In this document: positions 33,584 through 51,919 of the stretch, in pieces
Layout of the letters: every line of letters begins with the position of its first letter
Position numbering within the stretch: the stretch's first letter is position 1
Assembly: GCA_964016885.1 (NCBI GenBank)
Contig: OZ024740.1
Location: 328,042,001-328,106,000, forward strand
Direction: 5' to 3'
DNA length: 64,000 bases
DNA from: Eledone cirrhosa
Taxonomy: Eukaryota
The notes under the pieces: generated by a model
The model's database searches: none
Seen by the model: the letters and a program-made list of their open reading frames with translations, nothing else
Told to the model about the DNA's origin: nothing
Translations under genes and position numbers: made by a program

Positions 33584-33843
33584 AACAAAACAATATAATT
33601 ACCTCATTACCAGAGGTTTCCCGAATAAGACGAATACAAGAAACGTCCGCATTCGTTCGTCAAACAAGGCAATTTTGCCCTGTCTGACGAACGAATGCGG
33701 ACGTTTCTTGTATTCGTCTTATTCGGGAAACCTCTGGTAATGAGGTAATTATATTGTATTGTTTATTATACATTAAATTTAGCTCTGTAACTTACATAGA
33801 GCACTCTTCACTCCTATGACTTTTTCAATTTTATATATAATTT
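33579..33843 (+). mobile_element. Fold-back PLE remnant (arms ~33579-33672 / 33675-33770, plus tail)
   Basis: Near-perfect inverted repeat centred on ggcaa-tt-ttgcc, inside (TA)n. Confidence 0.85.
33678..33745 (+). ncRNA. Type I hammerhead ribozyme
   Basis: ccctgt CTGACGA a-cgaat...attcg-g GAAA cctctgg TA atgagg. Confidence 0.72.
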
Positions 33844-33953
33844 TATATATATATATGCATATATATGCATATATATATATATATATATATATGCATATAT
33901 ATATATATATGCATATATATATATATATATATATATGCATATATATATATATA

Positions 33954-34325
<372 letters not shown>

Positions 34326-34347
34326 TATATATATATATATATATATA

Positions 34348-34403
<56 letters not shown>

Positions 34404-34450
34404 TATATATATGCATATATATATATATATATATATATATGCATATATAT

Positions 34451-34866
34451 AAGATCAAAAGATGGTTAAAGGAGTTCCATATATTTTATTATGCGCATTT
34501 CAAATACAAACATCATCAAGCAATAATATTTGTGTTTTCATCAGATAAAACAGGAGAACATGATATGAAGGCTAAAAAACACTTGTTGATAGTGCAGTTT
34601 TAAATCATATGTTGATTTAAAACTGCACTATCAACAAGTGTTTTTTAGCCTTCATATCATGTTCTCCTGTTTTATCTGATGAAAACACAAATATTATTGC
34701 TTGATGATGTTTGTTTTTGAAATGCGCATAATAAAATATATGGAACTCCTTTAACCATCTTTTGATCTTATATTATGCATACTCCAGTCCCACAAACTGT
34801 AGAGTGCTTCTTATCCGATATCTGCATTGCTTTATTGTACTACAATAAAACTCACCTCCTACATTA
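34451..34866 (+). mobile_element. Fold-back PLE remnant, copy 1
   Basis: ~155-bp inverted arms centred near 34610, plus a ~95-nt unique tail; hammerhead in both arms. Confidence 0.88.
34670..34736 (+). ncRNA. Type I hammerhead ribozyme (inverted copy 34484-34550; duplicates 35625-35691 and 35439-35505)
   Basis: ttttat CTGATGA aaacacaaatatta...tgatgtttgttttt GAAA tgcgca TA ataaaa. Confidence 0.85.
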
Positions 34867-34870
34867 TATA

Positions 34871-34912
<42 letters not shown>

Positions 34913-34932
34913 TATATATATATATATATATA

Positions 34933-34978
<46 letters not shown>

Positions 34979-35016
34979 TATATATATATATATATATATA
35001 TGCATATATATATATA

Positions 35017-35082
<66 letters not shown>

Positions 35083-35100
35083 TATATATATATATATATA

Positions 35101-35170
<70 letters not shown>

Positions 35171-35218
35171 TATATATATATATGCATATATATGCATATA
35201 TATATATATGCATATATA

Positions 35219-35358
<140 letters not shown>

Positions 35359-35405
35359 TATATATATGCATATATATATATATATATATATATATGCATA
35401 TATAT

Positions 35406-35821
35406 AAGATCAAAAGATGGTTAAAGGAGTTCCATATATTTTATTATGCGCATTTCAAATACAAACATCATCAAGCAATAATATTTGTGTTTTCATCAGA
35501 TAAAACAGGAGAACATGATATGAAGGCTAAAAAACACTTGTTGATAGTGCAGTTTTAAATCATATGTTGATTTAAAACTGCACTATCAACAAGTGTTTTT
35601 TAGCCTTCATATCATGTTCTCCTGTTTTATCTGATGAAAACACAAATATTATTGCTTGATGATGTTTGTTTTTGAAATGCGCATAATAAAATATATGGAA
35701 CTCCTTTAACCATCTTTTGATCTTATATTATGCATACTCCAGTCCCACAAACTGTAGAGTGCTTCTTATCCGATATCTGCATTGCTTTATTGTACTACAA
35801 TAAAACTCACCTCCTACATTA
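35406..35821 (+). mobile_element. Fold-back PLE remnant, copy 2 (identical to copy 1 by eye)
   Basis: Same sequence at offset 955. Confidence 0.88.
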
Positions 35822-35825
35822 TATA

Positions 35826-36023
<198 letters not shown>

Positions 36024-36035
36024 TATATATATATA

Positions 36036-36145
<110 letters not shown>

Positions 36146-36272
36146 TATATATATATATGCATATATATGCATATATATATATATGCATATATATGCATAT
36201 ATATATATATGCATATATATATATATATATATATGCATATATATATATATATGCATATATATATATGTATGC

Positions 36273-36321
<49 letters not shown>

Positions 36322-36416
36322 TGCATATATATATATGTATATATGCATATATATGCATATATATATATATATATGCATATATATATATATATATATGCAT
36401 ATATATATATGTATGC

Positions 36417-36447
<31 letters not shown>

Positions 36448-36470
36448 TATGCATATATATATATGTATGC

Positions 36471-36533
<63 letters not shown>

Positions 36534-36828
36534 TATATATATATATATATATATATGCATATATATATATATATATATATGCATATATATATATATATAT
36601 ATATATGCATATATATATGCATATATATATATATATATGCATATATATATATATATATATGCATATATATATATATATATGCATATGTATATATATATAT
36701 GTATGCATATATATATATATGCATACATATATATATATATATATATATGCATACATATATATATATATATATATATGCATACATATATATATATATATGC
36801 ATACATATATATATATATGCATATATGC

Positions 36829-36867
<39 letters not shown>

Positions 36868-37008
36868 TACATGCACATATATATATGTACGTATGGATTC
36901 ACCGAACATTTATTATAATGCTCGGTGTGTTTGTAAACAAACATCCCGAATTAAGCCGTACAGTGTCTAGCAACCATCGTTGCTCATTTGTTCAACACTG
37001 ACAAAGGA

Positions 37009-37051
37009 ACGCTGTACTAGTTTCAAGCTTATTACCTATCGTCAGCAACGT
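37009..37051 (-). ncRNA. Minimal type I hammerhead ribozyme
   Basis: Minus: acgttg CTGACGA taggtaataagctt GAAA ctag TA cagcgt; 6-bp stem I, weak stem II, palindromic ctag. Confidence 0.7.
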
Positions 37052-37276
37052 ATACCTTCCTGCCAGATGGTTGAACGTCTGAAAGTATATACTTTCCTTA
37101 TGCATATTAACGGCTGAGCAGCCTAATTTGCATATCGAGTGAGTTAATCGGCCGGGGTACCGAAAACGATAAACGGATAAAATGAAACGAAATTTCATTT
37201 CTCACTCTTAGTACGGCTATTACTTAAATATAAGTATGTATACGTACAATCATATATGTATACAGACGTACAGTAG

Positions 37277-37336
<60 letters not shown>

Positions 37337-37781
37337 CATGCACACATATATATATATGTACGTATGGATTCACCGAACATTTATTATAATGCTCGGTGTG
37401 TTTGTAAACAAACATCTTGTACACATACATACAGAGACATAAATATATATATTTAGGAAAAAGAATTTGGAAAAACAATTGGTGTCTTTACGAAATTTAT
37501 CTACAATAACGTTACTGATTATTGAATAAGTAATGGGCGGGCTGGGGCCATATGGATGACAATTCCGAGATCTTCGTTAACATATTTACACACACACGCA
37601 GAACACACAGGCAAAATTCGGGATCTCGACGACTGAGCTCCTGCCGTTTCAACAGATAGGGCTTCCATTCTGATATATATACGTATATATGCTTTTTATC
37701 AACATTAATAATGGATCAAGTGAGTTATTGTTTCAATTTCTAATTCAAACTGTTCGGGATCTTGAAAACGTTTAAAAAAAA

Positions 37782-37847
<66 letters not shown>

Positions 37848-38686
37848 GTATTGCTATATTCGCTGCACAATAGTAATACGTTTATTAGCGTATAGTTAAA
37901 GAACGACATCTCTCACTCTCTCTTTCCCTCTATTTTCTCCCTGTTCTTCATTCATAGACAAGGAACAACAGACCAAAGCCATATTCTCCACAGCAATTAA
38001 ACTTATCTAACTACTATATGAAATCTCCTGTGTACTAATAGTTGCCGACGCAGACCATCATCACTTTCCTCGTATTCTCGATCTGAGCCTGAGAAATCCC
38101 TGATTTTTCACAATGAGGATTATTCAAGTGGACATTAGTGTTAAAATGAATAGCAACTGGGTGATTAAGAGTTCATGTCCTCAGCTGAAAGCATAATTAA
38201 TACCGTATGTGACAAGCCACTGAGTTGAAACGCTGACAGGTTTTTTTCATTAAGAAATTCATACCCTCCACCTTATCACTTTAACGTCATTCAAAGTTTA
38301 TAAGAAGGATTAGGAGGTTTAAGTGAAATACCCTGCTTAGACACAATGCCGTAGTGTCTCAACCACCACTCTTATTTAATTGAATGAAATATCTCTTGCC
38401 AAATATTTTACCACAATTATAATTGAATCTTCAGATATGACAGTGAGGTAGCAATAAATCAGAAAACAGGAAACTTATTATAAAGAAAAATAAATACATA
38501 AAAGATTAGTGAAAATTCGCCATTACTAAAGCAAAAAAACTCAAGAAAAATTAATATATAAATAAAACACTAAATTGGTTGGTGCATTGTCTGATATGGT
38601 GTAACTTTCTCTGACCTGTAAAATAATCTGGTGTGTGAAGTATAGCTTATTCACTATTTTGTATTTGAAAATGAAGTGGGTGTGGG

Positions 38687-39372
<686 letters not shown>

Positions 39373-39585
39373 TGTTTTAACGCACATTTACATCTATCAT
39401 CATTGGTATTTCTGTTGTTTAGTTTCAAGTCAACCTTGATGGCGTAGACCTGTGGCCTCCCAGTCATAACCTGATAGTATATCAGAATTCAGTGTGCTAT
39501 TATTTGGTGTCGAACGTTGAACTGCACAGCTTTGTATATGAGTCGAAATAGATTCCTATGAGATCATTTTCTGTGATTCTTTATG

Positions 39586-39622
<37 letters not shown>

Positions 39623-39625
<3 letters not shown>

Positions 39626-40169
39626 TAAAGTTAATATGTCTAAAGGTACTAGGTACCCTCAGAAATACATAGGTTGTCTATGATTCAAGGTGGTTCGATG
39701 GTAATAATTTGATATACCAGAACTTAATATCAAGATAAGCAGAACAAGTAAAATTCAACCAATTTTTCAAAATAAATCAAAATTAATTTAAAATTAAAAT
39801 TAATCAAAATTAAAAAAAAATAATATAAATATTTACCTATTCAGATGGCCCTTACTGTACAGTTTCACTTTGCAAAACATTAGATATCCTATGGATATTA
39901 ATGGAAAAACAAAGATCATCAGAGAAGCATTTTCCTTTCCTAGGGTTAAAAAACTCCAGGAACGATAAAATATATGACCTCTTCGCCAGCTAACACAGGC
40001 CTGAAAGGTCATAAAAGTGACCCGTATGTACGCCGGTGTGGTACAGTAAGGGCCATCTGAATAGGTAAATATTTATATTATATTTTTTAATTTTGATTAA
40101 TTTTAATTTTAAATTAATTTTGATTTATTTTGAAAAATTGGTTGAATTTTACTTGTTCTGCTTATCTTG

Positions 40170-40172
<3 letters not shown>
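39623..40172 (-). mobile_element. Fold-back PLE remnant (arms 39727-39860 / 40041-40172)
   Basis: Inverted arms with a ~180-nt spacer; hammerhead on the minus strand; (TA)n flanks. Confidence 0.85.
39849..39926 (-). ncRNA. Type I hammerhead ribozyme
   Basis: Minus: ttct CTGATGA t-ctttg...caaag-t GAAA ctgtacag TA aggg; palindromic ctgtacag. Confidence 0.8.
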
Positions 40173-40200
<28 letters not shown>

Positions 40201-40507
40201 ATAGGTTGAAAAGGTAACACACCAGAGAGAGATATACAGTGCGCTATCAATAAAACAGGGAAATAACCACCAGTTTATGGAATCTATAACCTATGAAAGG
40301 CAGACTATAGACACGATAATTAAAAATATAAATTAAAGCGTAAATAAATACCTCTATAACTATATAACACACGTACAAATCCAAAGATTATTTACAGGGA
40401 ATGGCGAGGAGGGCCTATGGTTCCGTTAATTTATCGTGATATATATATATATATACGTTGGCCGGAGAGCGTTGTCTTAATACCAGCGATCTTCGTTACT
40501 TATATAT

Positions 40508-40815
40508 TAGTGGATTGGCAGTATCGGTAGAGGGTCGGACGCCATGCTTTCCAGCATAGTTACGTCCCTTTACAGTCTGAGTTCAAATCCCACCGAGGTT
40601 GACTTTGCCTTTCATCCTTACGGGGTCGATAAAATAAAGTACCAGTAATGCACTGGGTAATTGCTGGCCTTGTGCCTAAAGTAGAAACAATTATATTATA
40701 TTATATATATCGCGCCGAGGTTAACTTTGCCTTTCACCCTTACGGGGTCGATAAAATAAAGTACCAGTAATGTACTGGTTAATTGCTGGCCTTGTGCCAA
40801 AAGTAGAAACAATTA
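40508..40815 (+). mobile_element. Nin-domain SINE plus a 5'-truncated second copy
   Basis: Near-identical to 21690-21876; partial repeat at 40712-40815. Confidence 0.85.
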
Positions 40816-41035
40816 TATTATCTCCTTATAATATATAACCAGCAATTTCTCTGTCTGTCTGCCCGACGCGTAGAGACAGAGTGAGAGTGAAAGAGACAGA
40901 CTACAAGAGGGGGATAGCGGGAGGGAGAGAGAGAGACGCTGGAAGAGGGGAAGGAAAGCTATGTCTTGCTGTCTGCATTACGATACATATATATATATAT
41001 ATACACACACACTGAGCGCGTCATAATGACGTAAT

Positions 41036-41600
41036 GCAGACAGCCAGACATACAGACAGATATTATAAGGGAGCAACGTTATATCTATGTATCTATCTAA
41101 AAAGAAAGACTAAGAATTATATAGAGAGAACACTAAATCGCCTAATGCGGTCCCTAGGGCATTGAAAATTTGAAATAATTTTTGCTCAAAACACTCACAG
41201 GACCATAAGTATTACATGTCTAAAGTTTGAAAACAATCGGTTGGATGGTTCTCAAGTTTTAGTGAGCTGACAGACAGACAGACATTCTCTGTTTTAGATA
41301 TAAAGACTAGCAGAAAACCGCCCGTCTATAACTGAGGATGTCTGTCTGTATGTGTGTGAGTTTGAATCCCTAAAACTAGAGAAGCACCCAACCGAGAGTT
41401 TTCAAACTTTACACATGTAATACTTATGTTTCAGGGAGTGTTCTGAGCAAAAAAAATTCAAATTTCCAATGTCCTAGAGACCGCATTAGGCGATTTAGCG
41501 ATCACTCTCTATAATTCTTAGTCTTTCTCTTTTTAGATAGATACTTACATATAACGTCGCGCCCTTATAATATCTGTCTGTATGTATGGCTGTCTGCTGC
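41036..41600. mobile_element. Head-to-head pair of Helitron/Helentron-like non-autonomous elements (large imperfect palindrome)
   Basis: 41036-41300 is the reverse complement of ~41325-41600; tctataactgaggatgtctgtctgt...caaccga...ttcaaacttt resembles DINE/HINE-type 5' ends. Confidence 0.55.
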
Positions 41601-41651
41601 CTCCGGTTATTCTGCCACCCTTGTTCAAGACAAATCTCACACTCATTCCCC

Positions 41652-41731
<80 letters not shown>

Positions 41732-44700
41732 AAAAGAGAGAGGGGAGAGGTAAAGTCCAAACTCATTAAAAAGCCGGCAATTATTTTGTCAATCGCAGAA
41801 AGATTGAAAGGAATCCTGACTTCAGTGGAATTTGAACTCAGAATATAGTAGGTCGAAATCAAATACTGCAAGCTGTTTAACACGCACTTTAGCACGCAGC
41901 AGTTTTTTAAAAAGTGGTTTCTGATTTAGGCACAAGGCCAACAATTTCTAAGTTTGTAAAAACCCGCGGAAGGTGTTTTATCGATGGTAGAGTCACGATT
42001 CCCCCTCCCCTCCCTGAACACTGCGTAGTTAAAGCTATATTCTTTACAAATAACGGATGGGCGCACACGTGATGTGTGAAGAAAGGAAATGTGATGGTCA
42101 CGACTGGGGTATTTTTGATCGAGGATCTGGATTGAGCTGCAACTTAACGATATCAACAACAGCAACGAATCATCATCAGCAAGTCTCTAAAAAAAGAAAC
42201 TTGTTATGTAATATGAGACATACTGCCTGAAAAGCCTGAAGAGTCACATTTAGAATGTCTTTTATCACAGGTCTGCTCTACCAGAGCTGACCAGAGGCTA
42301 AACAACAACAGCTAAAAAGATTCAACGATCAAAAGTCAATCAGATTTTTATATCAAAATGTATATGATACAGAGAAAAGTTGTTGAAATTTCAATAATTT
42401 ATCTCAATGTATAAAATAGACCAAAAGGCTTTAAACCAGTATAACTGTCAATCAAAGATAATACCATAAAGAAAATAATTCAACTTTCAATAATATACCA
42501 ATAAATGTATCTTTAAGTTGAAAACAATAAGAACACGCGTAGTAAATAAAAACATACCACCGCATATTTTCCTGACGTAACATAACATTTTAGGGAGGAA
42601 AGTGGCCGATTTGAAATTTTACTTCTTGCAGATAAAAATTTTGCTAAATACATAACTTGAGAATTATATAATAAACGTACTATAGTCTTATATTAAAAGG
42701 TTCTTCTGTCTAGTGCAAAAATATTCTTCTTACGATATTCAACAAAATAGAGATGTAAGAATATTTTGCAATGACAATACTGTCTTTGGATAAAAGGTTG
42801 CTACAGCACTTTTAATTCTGAGGAAGTAACACAAATTTGCAAAGGCCACGGGAATTATTTCTGTCTCTAGAACCAGCAAATTAAAAAGAAAATCTAGTAA
42901 TTTTCGATTTAAACCCACGAAGAGTGAAAATTAGCTGGATAATACAAGCACAGAGTCCTGGAAATTATATTTCTAATGAGAAAGTACTAGGTAAAATGCT
43001 TAGTACGGAATTATAAATAACGGGAGTAATTGGTAATGAATAACAGAGTATATCGAATGGATTACGCTGGAAAGATGTACTGTCAACAGAGCCATAGGAG
43101 TCAGAGGCGGTTGTAATAGTTGTTTAGAAAGTAAAGAGAAGAATTAACTGGAGGGAAGAGTCGTGATTTGCCCGACATTAATGTATTCTTTTTTTGTTCA
43201 ACGTGCGGCTTTTAGAGTCTTTAAGTGCTGCCATTTGGAAGAAGTCTGTATTTTGCATTAAAGAAGTAGATTTTTGTCATTAATAGCTTATTAGACTTAT
43301 TCTGGTGTTTATACCCCCCCCCCCCCCCCCCCCCCCCCAAAAAAAAACAACAACAACAAAGAATCAAAACAAAAATAACCAAAAACATTAAAAGGCTAAT
43401 TTACAATATTATTTCTTCATTATATATAATAACATTCATGCAATAAATGTAATTACATTTTTCCGGATATCTAAGAAAGATTTCTTTAATGCGGTTTTAT
43501 TAGATTCCATTTAATTCATTAAAAGGTCAGATTATTATTAGATTACACTCAATTCAATGCGGGTCTTCAACTATAAAATGGCTCCCTGTTACAATCTTTA
43601 CTCATAGACAATAGGCACTTTCCTGGAGAGATGCGTATGGAATGTTTCAGTTAATATAGTAATTATGTGACACAGAAGAAGGAATTTAATAGGGAGGGGA
43701 TACTTGAAATGAAGAACTACTTGAAATAATTGGTGTAGATAGATTTGAGGAAACAGTGAAATACGTGCAAAAGAAATAGCTGATGTGTAGATAGGGTAGC
43801 GTAAACAAGTTCACTAGAGCCGAATCTGAAATATTATCAATAGAAATGATAATGAACTGCAGGGCATGAGCCAACTGCTCTTACAAATAGGAGAGAAAAT
43901 TAGCAATGAGGATCCTTTTAAAGCAGTTTCAATTTCATGCCGAAAAAAAAAACGAAAAAAAAACTGGTGATGGGCCTGCGACCTATCCTGGGAGGCGTGG
44001 GATGGACGCACAAAGGTTGCATATCCTGAGACCCCCAAAGAAACGATCACTTTAAAGCGTCAGACTTAAAATATACAAGGCATTATTATTTTTATATTTT
44101 AGCACAAGGTCAAACTCGGCTGAAATCAAACCTTAAAACGGAGAAATTAAAGGCAATTCCAATCTCATCCAGGTTTGAACTCGGCGTGTAGAAGAAGGAA
44201 GACAAAACTTGTTAAGCATTTAGTTCATTACTCAACTGTTTCAGCCAATACTTTGACTTTCGTAAAATATTGATTTCTTACATTATAGGAGAGCATTAAT
44301 GAGAGGAGTACAAATACAGTTCTACAAATTCACTATCAGCGTTTTACTCGTTATTATCAGAACAACAGGACTTGTACTTGGATCAAACTATGGCTACACA
44401 TGGAGTTTTGGAGAAAAAACGTAGCTCCCCAATTCATATGCTACAAGTTTTTGTGATATCTGAGACAACGAAGCTCTACCAGATTTTCTTAAAATCTAAA
44501 GGATGCATTGATGTGCAAAGGATGACGAAAAAAATCAAGAGACCCTCTTTTTAAAATTAACTTGTCTTTAGAACCTTGATACTGAGTAGAAAGCCGGTTA
44601 AAATAAACTGTGATACTATAATGAGGAAGATCGAACACACATTTTCTTCTCGCACGCCCCCCCCCCCCCCCAAAAAAAAATACTAAGCCTGGATAGACTT

Positions 44701-45464
44701 AAATTATTTGTTGAGATTTCATTAAAAACCACATCTATCAGCGTGGTTAAATAACTGGTCATTCATTTGACGAAATTAATTGAAGAAACTTTATTTGTGG
44801 TGATTTTTGTCCCTGTATTGATTAAGTAGAGAATTTCTGAAAATAATAAGGATGATCATGGAAAAAGAAATGAAAGGGCTCTTAAGTGATGGTGGGATCG
44901 TAGGGTAGCTGTCCTGACATAGGTATTTTAAGCACGGCGGAGTCTATCCCTTCCCAAATTTGAACACAATTGATTTCTTCCAGAGAAGGCGTGAGAGGGT
45001 AAGAGAAAGTGATTAAAAGAGACATAAGAAGAATCCAGTCTAATACAGGATTGGTACTTTATTTATGGACTTTGAAATTATGAAATGTAAAAGTGACTTG
45101 GGTGAGATTTGAACTCAGAGCGCAATGAGCAAGAGCAAATACTCCAGCATTTAATTCAACATTTTCGGTTGTACAAGACAACATCAAAAACATCAAAAAA
45201 TCGAAAAAATTTCACTGAAAAAGGTAAATCGGAATTATAAAGTACATTTTTCTAAGACTTATGCAATCAACAATGACATAAGAAATTGTTATAAATGTCA
45301 AGAAATAGTTCTCCATCTGAAGAATCTTGGCTTCGCAAAACCTGAGACGACACGGATAATTAGAAAATTGCAATCAGAACCCATTAATGGAACTATAAAT
45401 GTATGCGAAATATTCGAGAAGTTTAGCTTCTAGTATGTACCTACACACGTATAGACTTACAAAG

Positions 45465-45495
<31 letters not shown>

Positions 45496-45750
45496 TGTAT
45501 GTATGTATGTATGTATGTATGTATGTATGTATGTATGTATGTATGTATGTATGTATGTATGTATGTATGTGTGAGTGTATGCATAAATGTATGCATGTAT
45601 GTGCGTGTGTACGTATGTATATATGTATGTATGCATGAGTGTATGCATTAATGTATGTATGTATGTGCGTGTGTACGTATGTATGTATGTATGTATGTAT
45701 GTATGCACGTGCGATTGTATGTATGTGAGCATATGCATGTGTGTATGTAA

Positions 45751-45799
<49 letters not shown>

Positions 45800-45800
45800 T
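45465..45800. repeat. (TATG)n and (TG)n microsatellite
   Basis: Direct inspection. Confidence 0.9.
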
Positions 45801-47659
45801 GTCTGTCTTTCTGTCTGTATGCCTGTATGTATGAGCGCACATACATTACTCAAAATATACAGATTCCCACACATGCGCACACAAACATACTTTTGCACAT
45901 ACATACATGCATACAAATACACAGACGGGAAGATAGTATAAAGTATACACATATGTACAAGATACGAACATTACAAGCACAATTGTGTTCTTCACAATGT
46001 TCACGATGTAAGCAATTCTTCAAAGTATACCATGAGAGGATGTTTTTGTTTCCAGCCAGGTTTGGAATTGTAGACTTCATAATAAAACTGACATGCTGAG
46101 AGCAAGCAAGCAAGAAGGAAAGAAAGAAAGTATGTGAAATGGGGTAGTAGGGAAGGTGGCCCTAGGGTGGAGGATACAGATATATTGATATGAAAAAGGA
46201 ATTTCGTTCCTTTTTTTTAATTTTTTTTTTACATAAAGTCCTTTTAGCTTCAAGTCGTGATGTCTCATATATTTAACTCTCACTTATTGTGACACAATTA
46301 ACAGAAGCACATTGTCCTCACTTTTCTCTCCCCAACTTGCGCTTTCCCTATCACCCTTTTCACCACCCCCATTTCCTCCCTGTTAAAACCCTCTTCTCCA
46401 TTCCGTTTTCTGCTGCTCTATTCACACTCTATTCTTTATCTGCCCTACCCTTTTTAACCTTTCTCTCCCAATTTACATTTTCCCTTCCGTCGTGACTCTG
46501 TTATTCTATTCCATCGCGCCTTTTTGTGTTTGGCCATTTGTGTGCTTCTGTCCCACGTCTCTCTCCCCACCACTCTCTCTATCTCTCGCTCTCCTTCACT
46601 CTCCCTCTGTCTCTTTCTTTTTTCTGTCTCTTTCTTTTTTCTGTCTGTTTGTTTGTTTGTTTGTTTGTTTGTTTGTTTGTTTGTTTCTTTCTTTCTTTCT
46701 TTCTTCGACAATCTCTCTCTGTTTTCACGCTTACTCCCACACATTCGGGTTTCCTTGATCTTTATCTCTCTCTCTTTGTCTCAATCTCACCCCCCCCCCC
46801 ACACACATAGAATAGACGCACACATCTAGAAGAGACTCTCATACATACTCAAGAAAATACACACATATTTAAAATATATATACTCACACGCACACTTATA
46901 CAATTCACTGAAGATCCTAACATATGTATGTACAGTGGTATAGAATCTCAATCCTATATTCTTTTTATCTGTTTCTTCATATTTATTTACTCTTATTCTT
47001 CTTCATTTTCTAGATAGAAATAAAATATCAAATATTTGTCCTTTGTTTCTGCTTCTTTCATACATATTTTATACCAAAACGACAACCACGATGACGATGG
47101 TGACGACAACATCAACAAATACAAGAAAAACTAACAATAATTTCACATACATCATCGGAATGTTGCATTTTCAAAGAATCGCAGCTGGTTATGTCGATAA
47201 GAGCCCGGGTTAATATGTTTCGTGTCCTAGCACAGTCAATGTGGGTATGACAAAGACATTACAAGCACCAATGTGGAGAAAAAACAACAAAAAACAAAAA
47301 AAAACCAAAAAAAAAACCAAACAAACAAGTAAACAAGAAACAAACAAACAAACAATCTCGCTGTCAGAACTCGAACTATATGTTCATCGCATATGAAGCA
47401 ACTACGTTGCCGATAAAAAAACCTCCAGGCAAACTTCTAGCCAAAATTGCATTGAAAATTCTACTCCACCACCGGAAAATTGATGAATATACGGGATGAA
47501 GTAATTGTATATATGATGTGCCAGGACAGAAGACAAGACGGACACGACTGAAATACTGATTGAACGATATTGTTTCGTCATAGAGACATATTTTCTCAGT
47601 GCGGAGGCAATCAGACTGTGATAAATGCAACTTTATATTTATATTTAATCACACGCACG

Positions 47660-47749
<90 letters not shown>

Positions 47750-47753
<4 letters not shown>

Positions 47754-48304
47754 GGCGGACAGGTTGCCAGGGGGCCCACGGTAGCATTGCAAGAGCCCAC
47801 AGTAGCATTGCAGGGCCCACTGTAGTATGTTTTAGGGGCCAATGCTTTGCTTTTACCTGAAATCTAAGAGAAAGAATTAAAAAAAAAAAAAATAAATAAA
47901 ACAATTAAGCAAAGTATTTGGTCAACCAATTCCCCATGGAACCAAAATATACGATAGTGCAAATAGCTGGAATCAGTGGTTGTACATTCTACTAAATCTA
48001 AAGCTTACTCTATTCATGCATACAAACATACATATATAGACACAGACACACAAGCATATATATATATATATATATATATATTTATTAAAATAACAGATTA
48101 AAGTTTAAGCAAAGAATCGCTGCTTTCACCCTTAACGGGATCTTCTGAAACTAACAAAGTCCTGTTAAGGGTGAAAGCAGCGATTCTTTGCTTAAACTTT
48201 AATCTGTTATTTTAATAAATATTTGCTCTACGGTTCTTATATATTTGATATATATTTTCCTTATCGAGCCCTCTTTGGATTTTAGTCTTCAATTTTATTA
48301 TTAT

Positions 48305-48366
<62 letters not shown>

Positions 48367-48603
48367 AGGGAGTGTGAAAGACTAAAGGTCATTATTGAAA
48401 GTCTCTGGATTTCGCAAAATACATAATATCTTTTATTGGAGAAGGTAAGATATTTTTCCGCAAAAATTTGATTGCACTGTTTTGTTTCCACTTATGTATT
48501 TTTCGAAAATGTTATGTATTCATTATAAAAATTAAATGATAGCATTCTATACGTAGGTGGGCTCCTTCATCTAGCAACCAATATTTTTAGACCTAGTCCG
48601 CCA

Positions 48604-48606
<3 letters not shown>
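47750..48606. mobile_element. Non-autonomous DNA transposon (hAT-like TIR CAGTGGCGGAC) with nested PLE
   Basis: 11-bp perfect TIRs cagtggcggac (47750) / gtccgccactg (48596-48606); subterminal gggccc repeats; TSD obscured by microsatellites. Confidence 0.7.
48079..48308 (+). mobile_element. Fold-back PLE remnant with degenerate hammerhead
   Basis: Arms 48079-48140 / 48160-48222; minus strand reads CAGAAGA tccc-gttaa-gggt GAAA (U4A change). Confidence 0.7.
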
Positions 48607-48667
<61 letters not shown>

Positions 48668-49574
48668 TAATAAAAATAATGAATAAAAACAAAGAACAAG
48701 TTCCTTATATTAAAAAATTCATCATTTTACGATCGTTTCTAGGATATTTATGTGTGTTGGTATGTATATCATATATATATATATAATACCAATCATTGTA
48801 AGTTTGAATCTAACTGACATGCAAAAACATATATATAGGAATAAGGTAACCCCAAATCATAGTAGATTCAAATATCACAGACAGAGAGAGAAGAGGGGAG
48901 AAATGAAAGATGGATTACAGGTTAAAATATAGTCTATCTAGATGAGAAACAAAACGAGGATGTAGTTTATGGAACACCCAAATGATTTAGAAGTCGACTT
49001 TAAGTAGGAGCAATAACATTAAGAAAGACACGAACGACACCACATCAATTTGTTTTGAAAATTTTGAAAGTAGATTTATAAGTATGAATTTTCATAAGAG
49101 TTTCGTAGTTGTCTCTGTGGCCTAGAGACGGTGGAGATCCTGTCCTTGGGTTCAATCCTGGTCAAGAGGTACATGTAACCTTCTTCAGTTTTTATTTTAC
49201 AACATATAGAAAAAACTGAAAAGGTTCTAACTTCATACCAGGATCACCACCCTCTCTGCTTCCTCCAACTAGGCCACCGAGACAGCTACAAAAGTATAAT
49301 GAAAATTGCTAATTATAAAACTACTTTCAAAATCAAAGTTAAAATGATGTGGTGTCGTACATGGCTTTCCTAGAGCTTTTGGAAATATTTAAGGTCGACA
49401 TCTGGTCATTATTGAAAGTCTTTGGATATCGCAAAATACATAATATTTTTTATTGGAGAAGGTAATATATTTTCCCGCAAAAATTTGATGGCATTGTTTT
49501 GTTTCCACTTATGTATTTTTCGAAAATGTGGGCCCCCCTTCATCTGGCAACCAATATTTTTAGACCCAGTCCGC

Positions 49575-51881
<2,307 letters not shown>

Positions 51882-51919
51882 AGTGGCGGACTGGGTCTAA
51901 AAATATTGGTTGCCAGATT

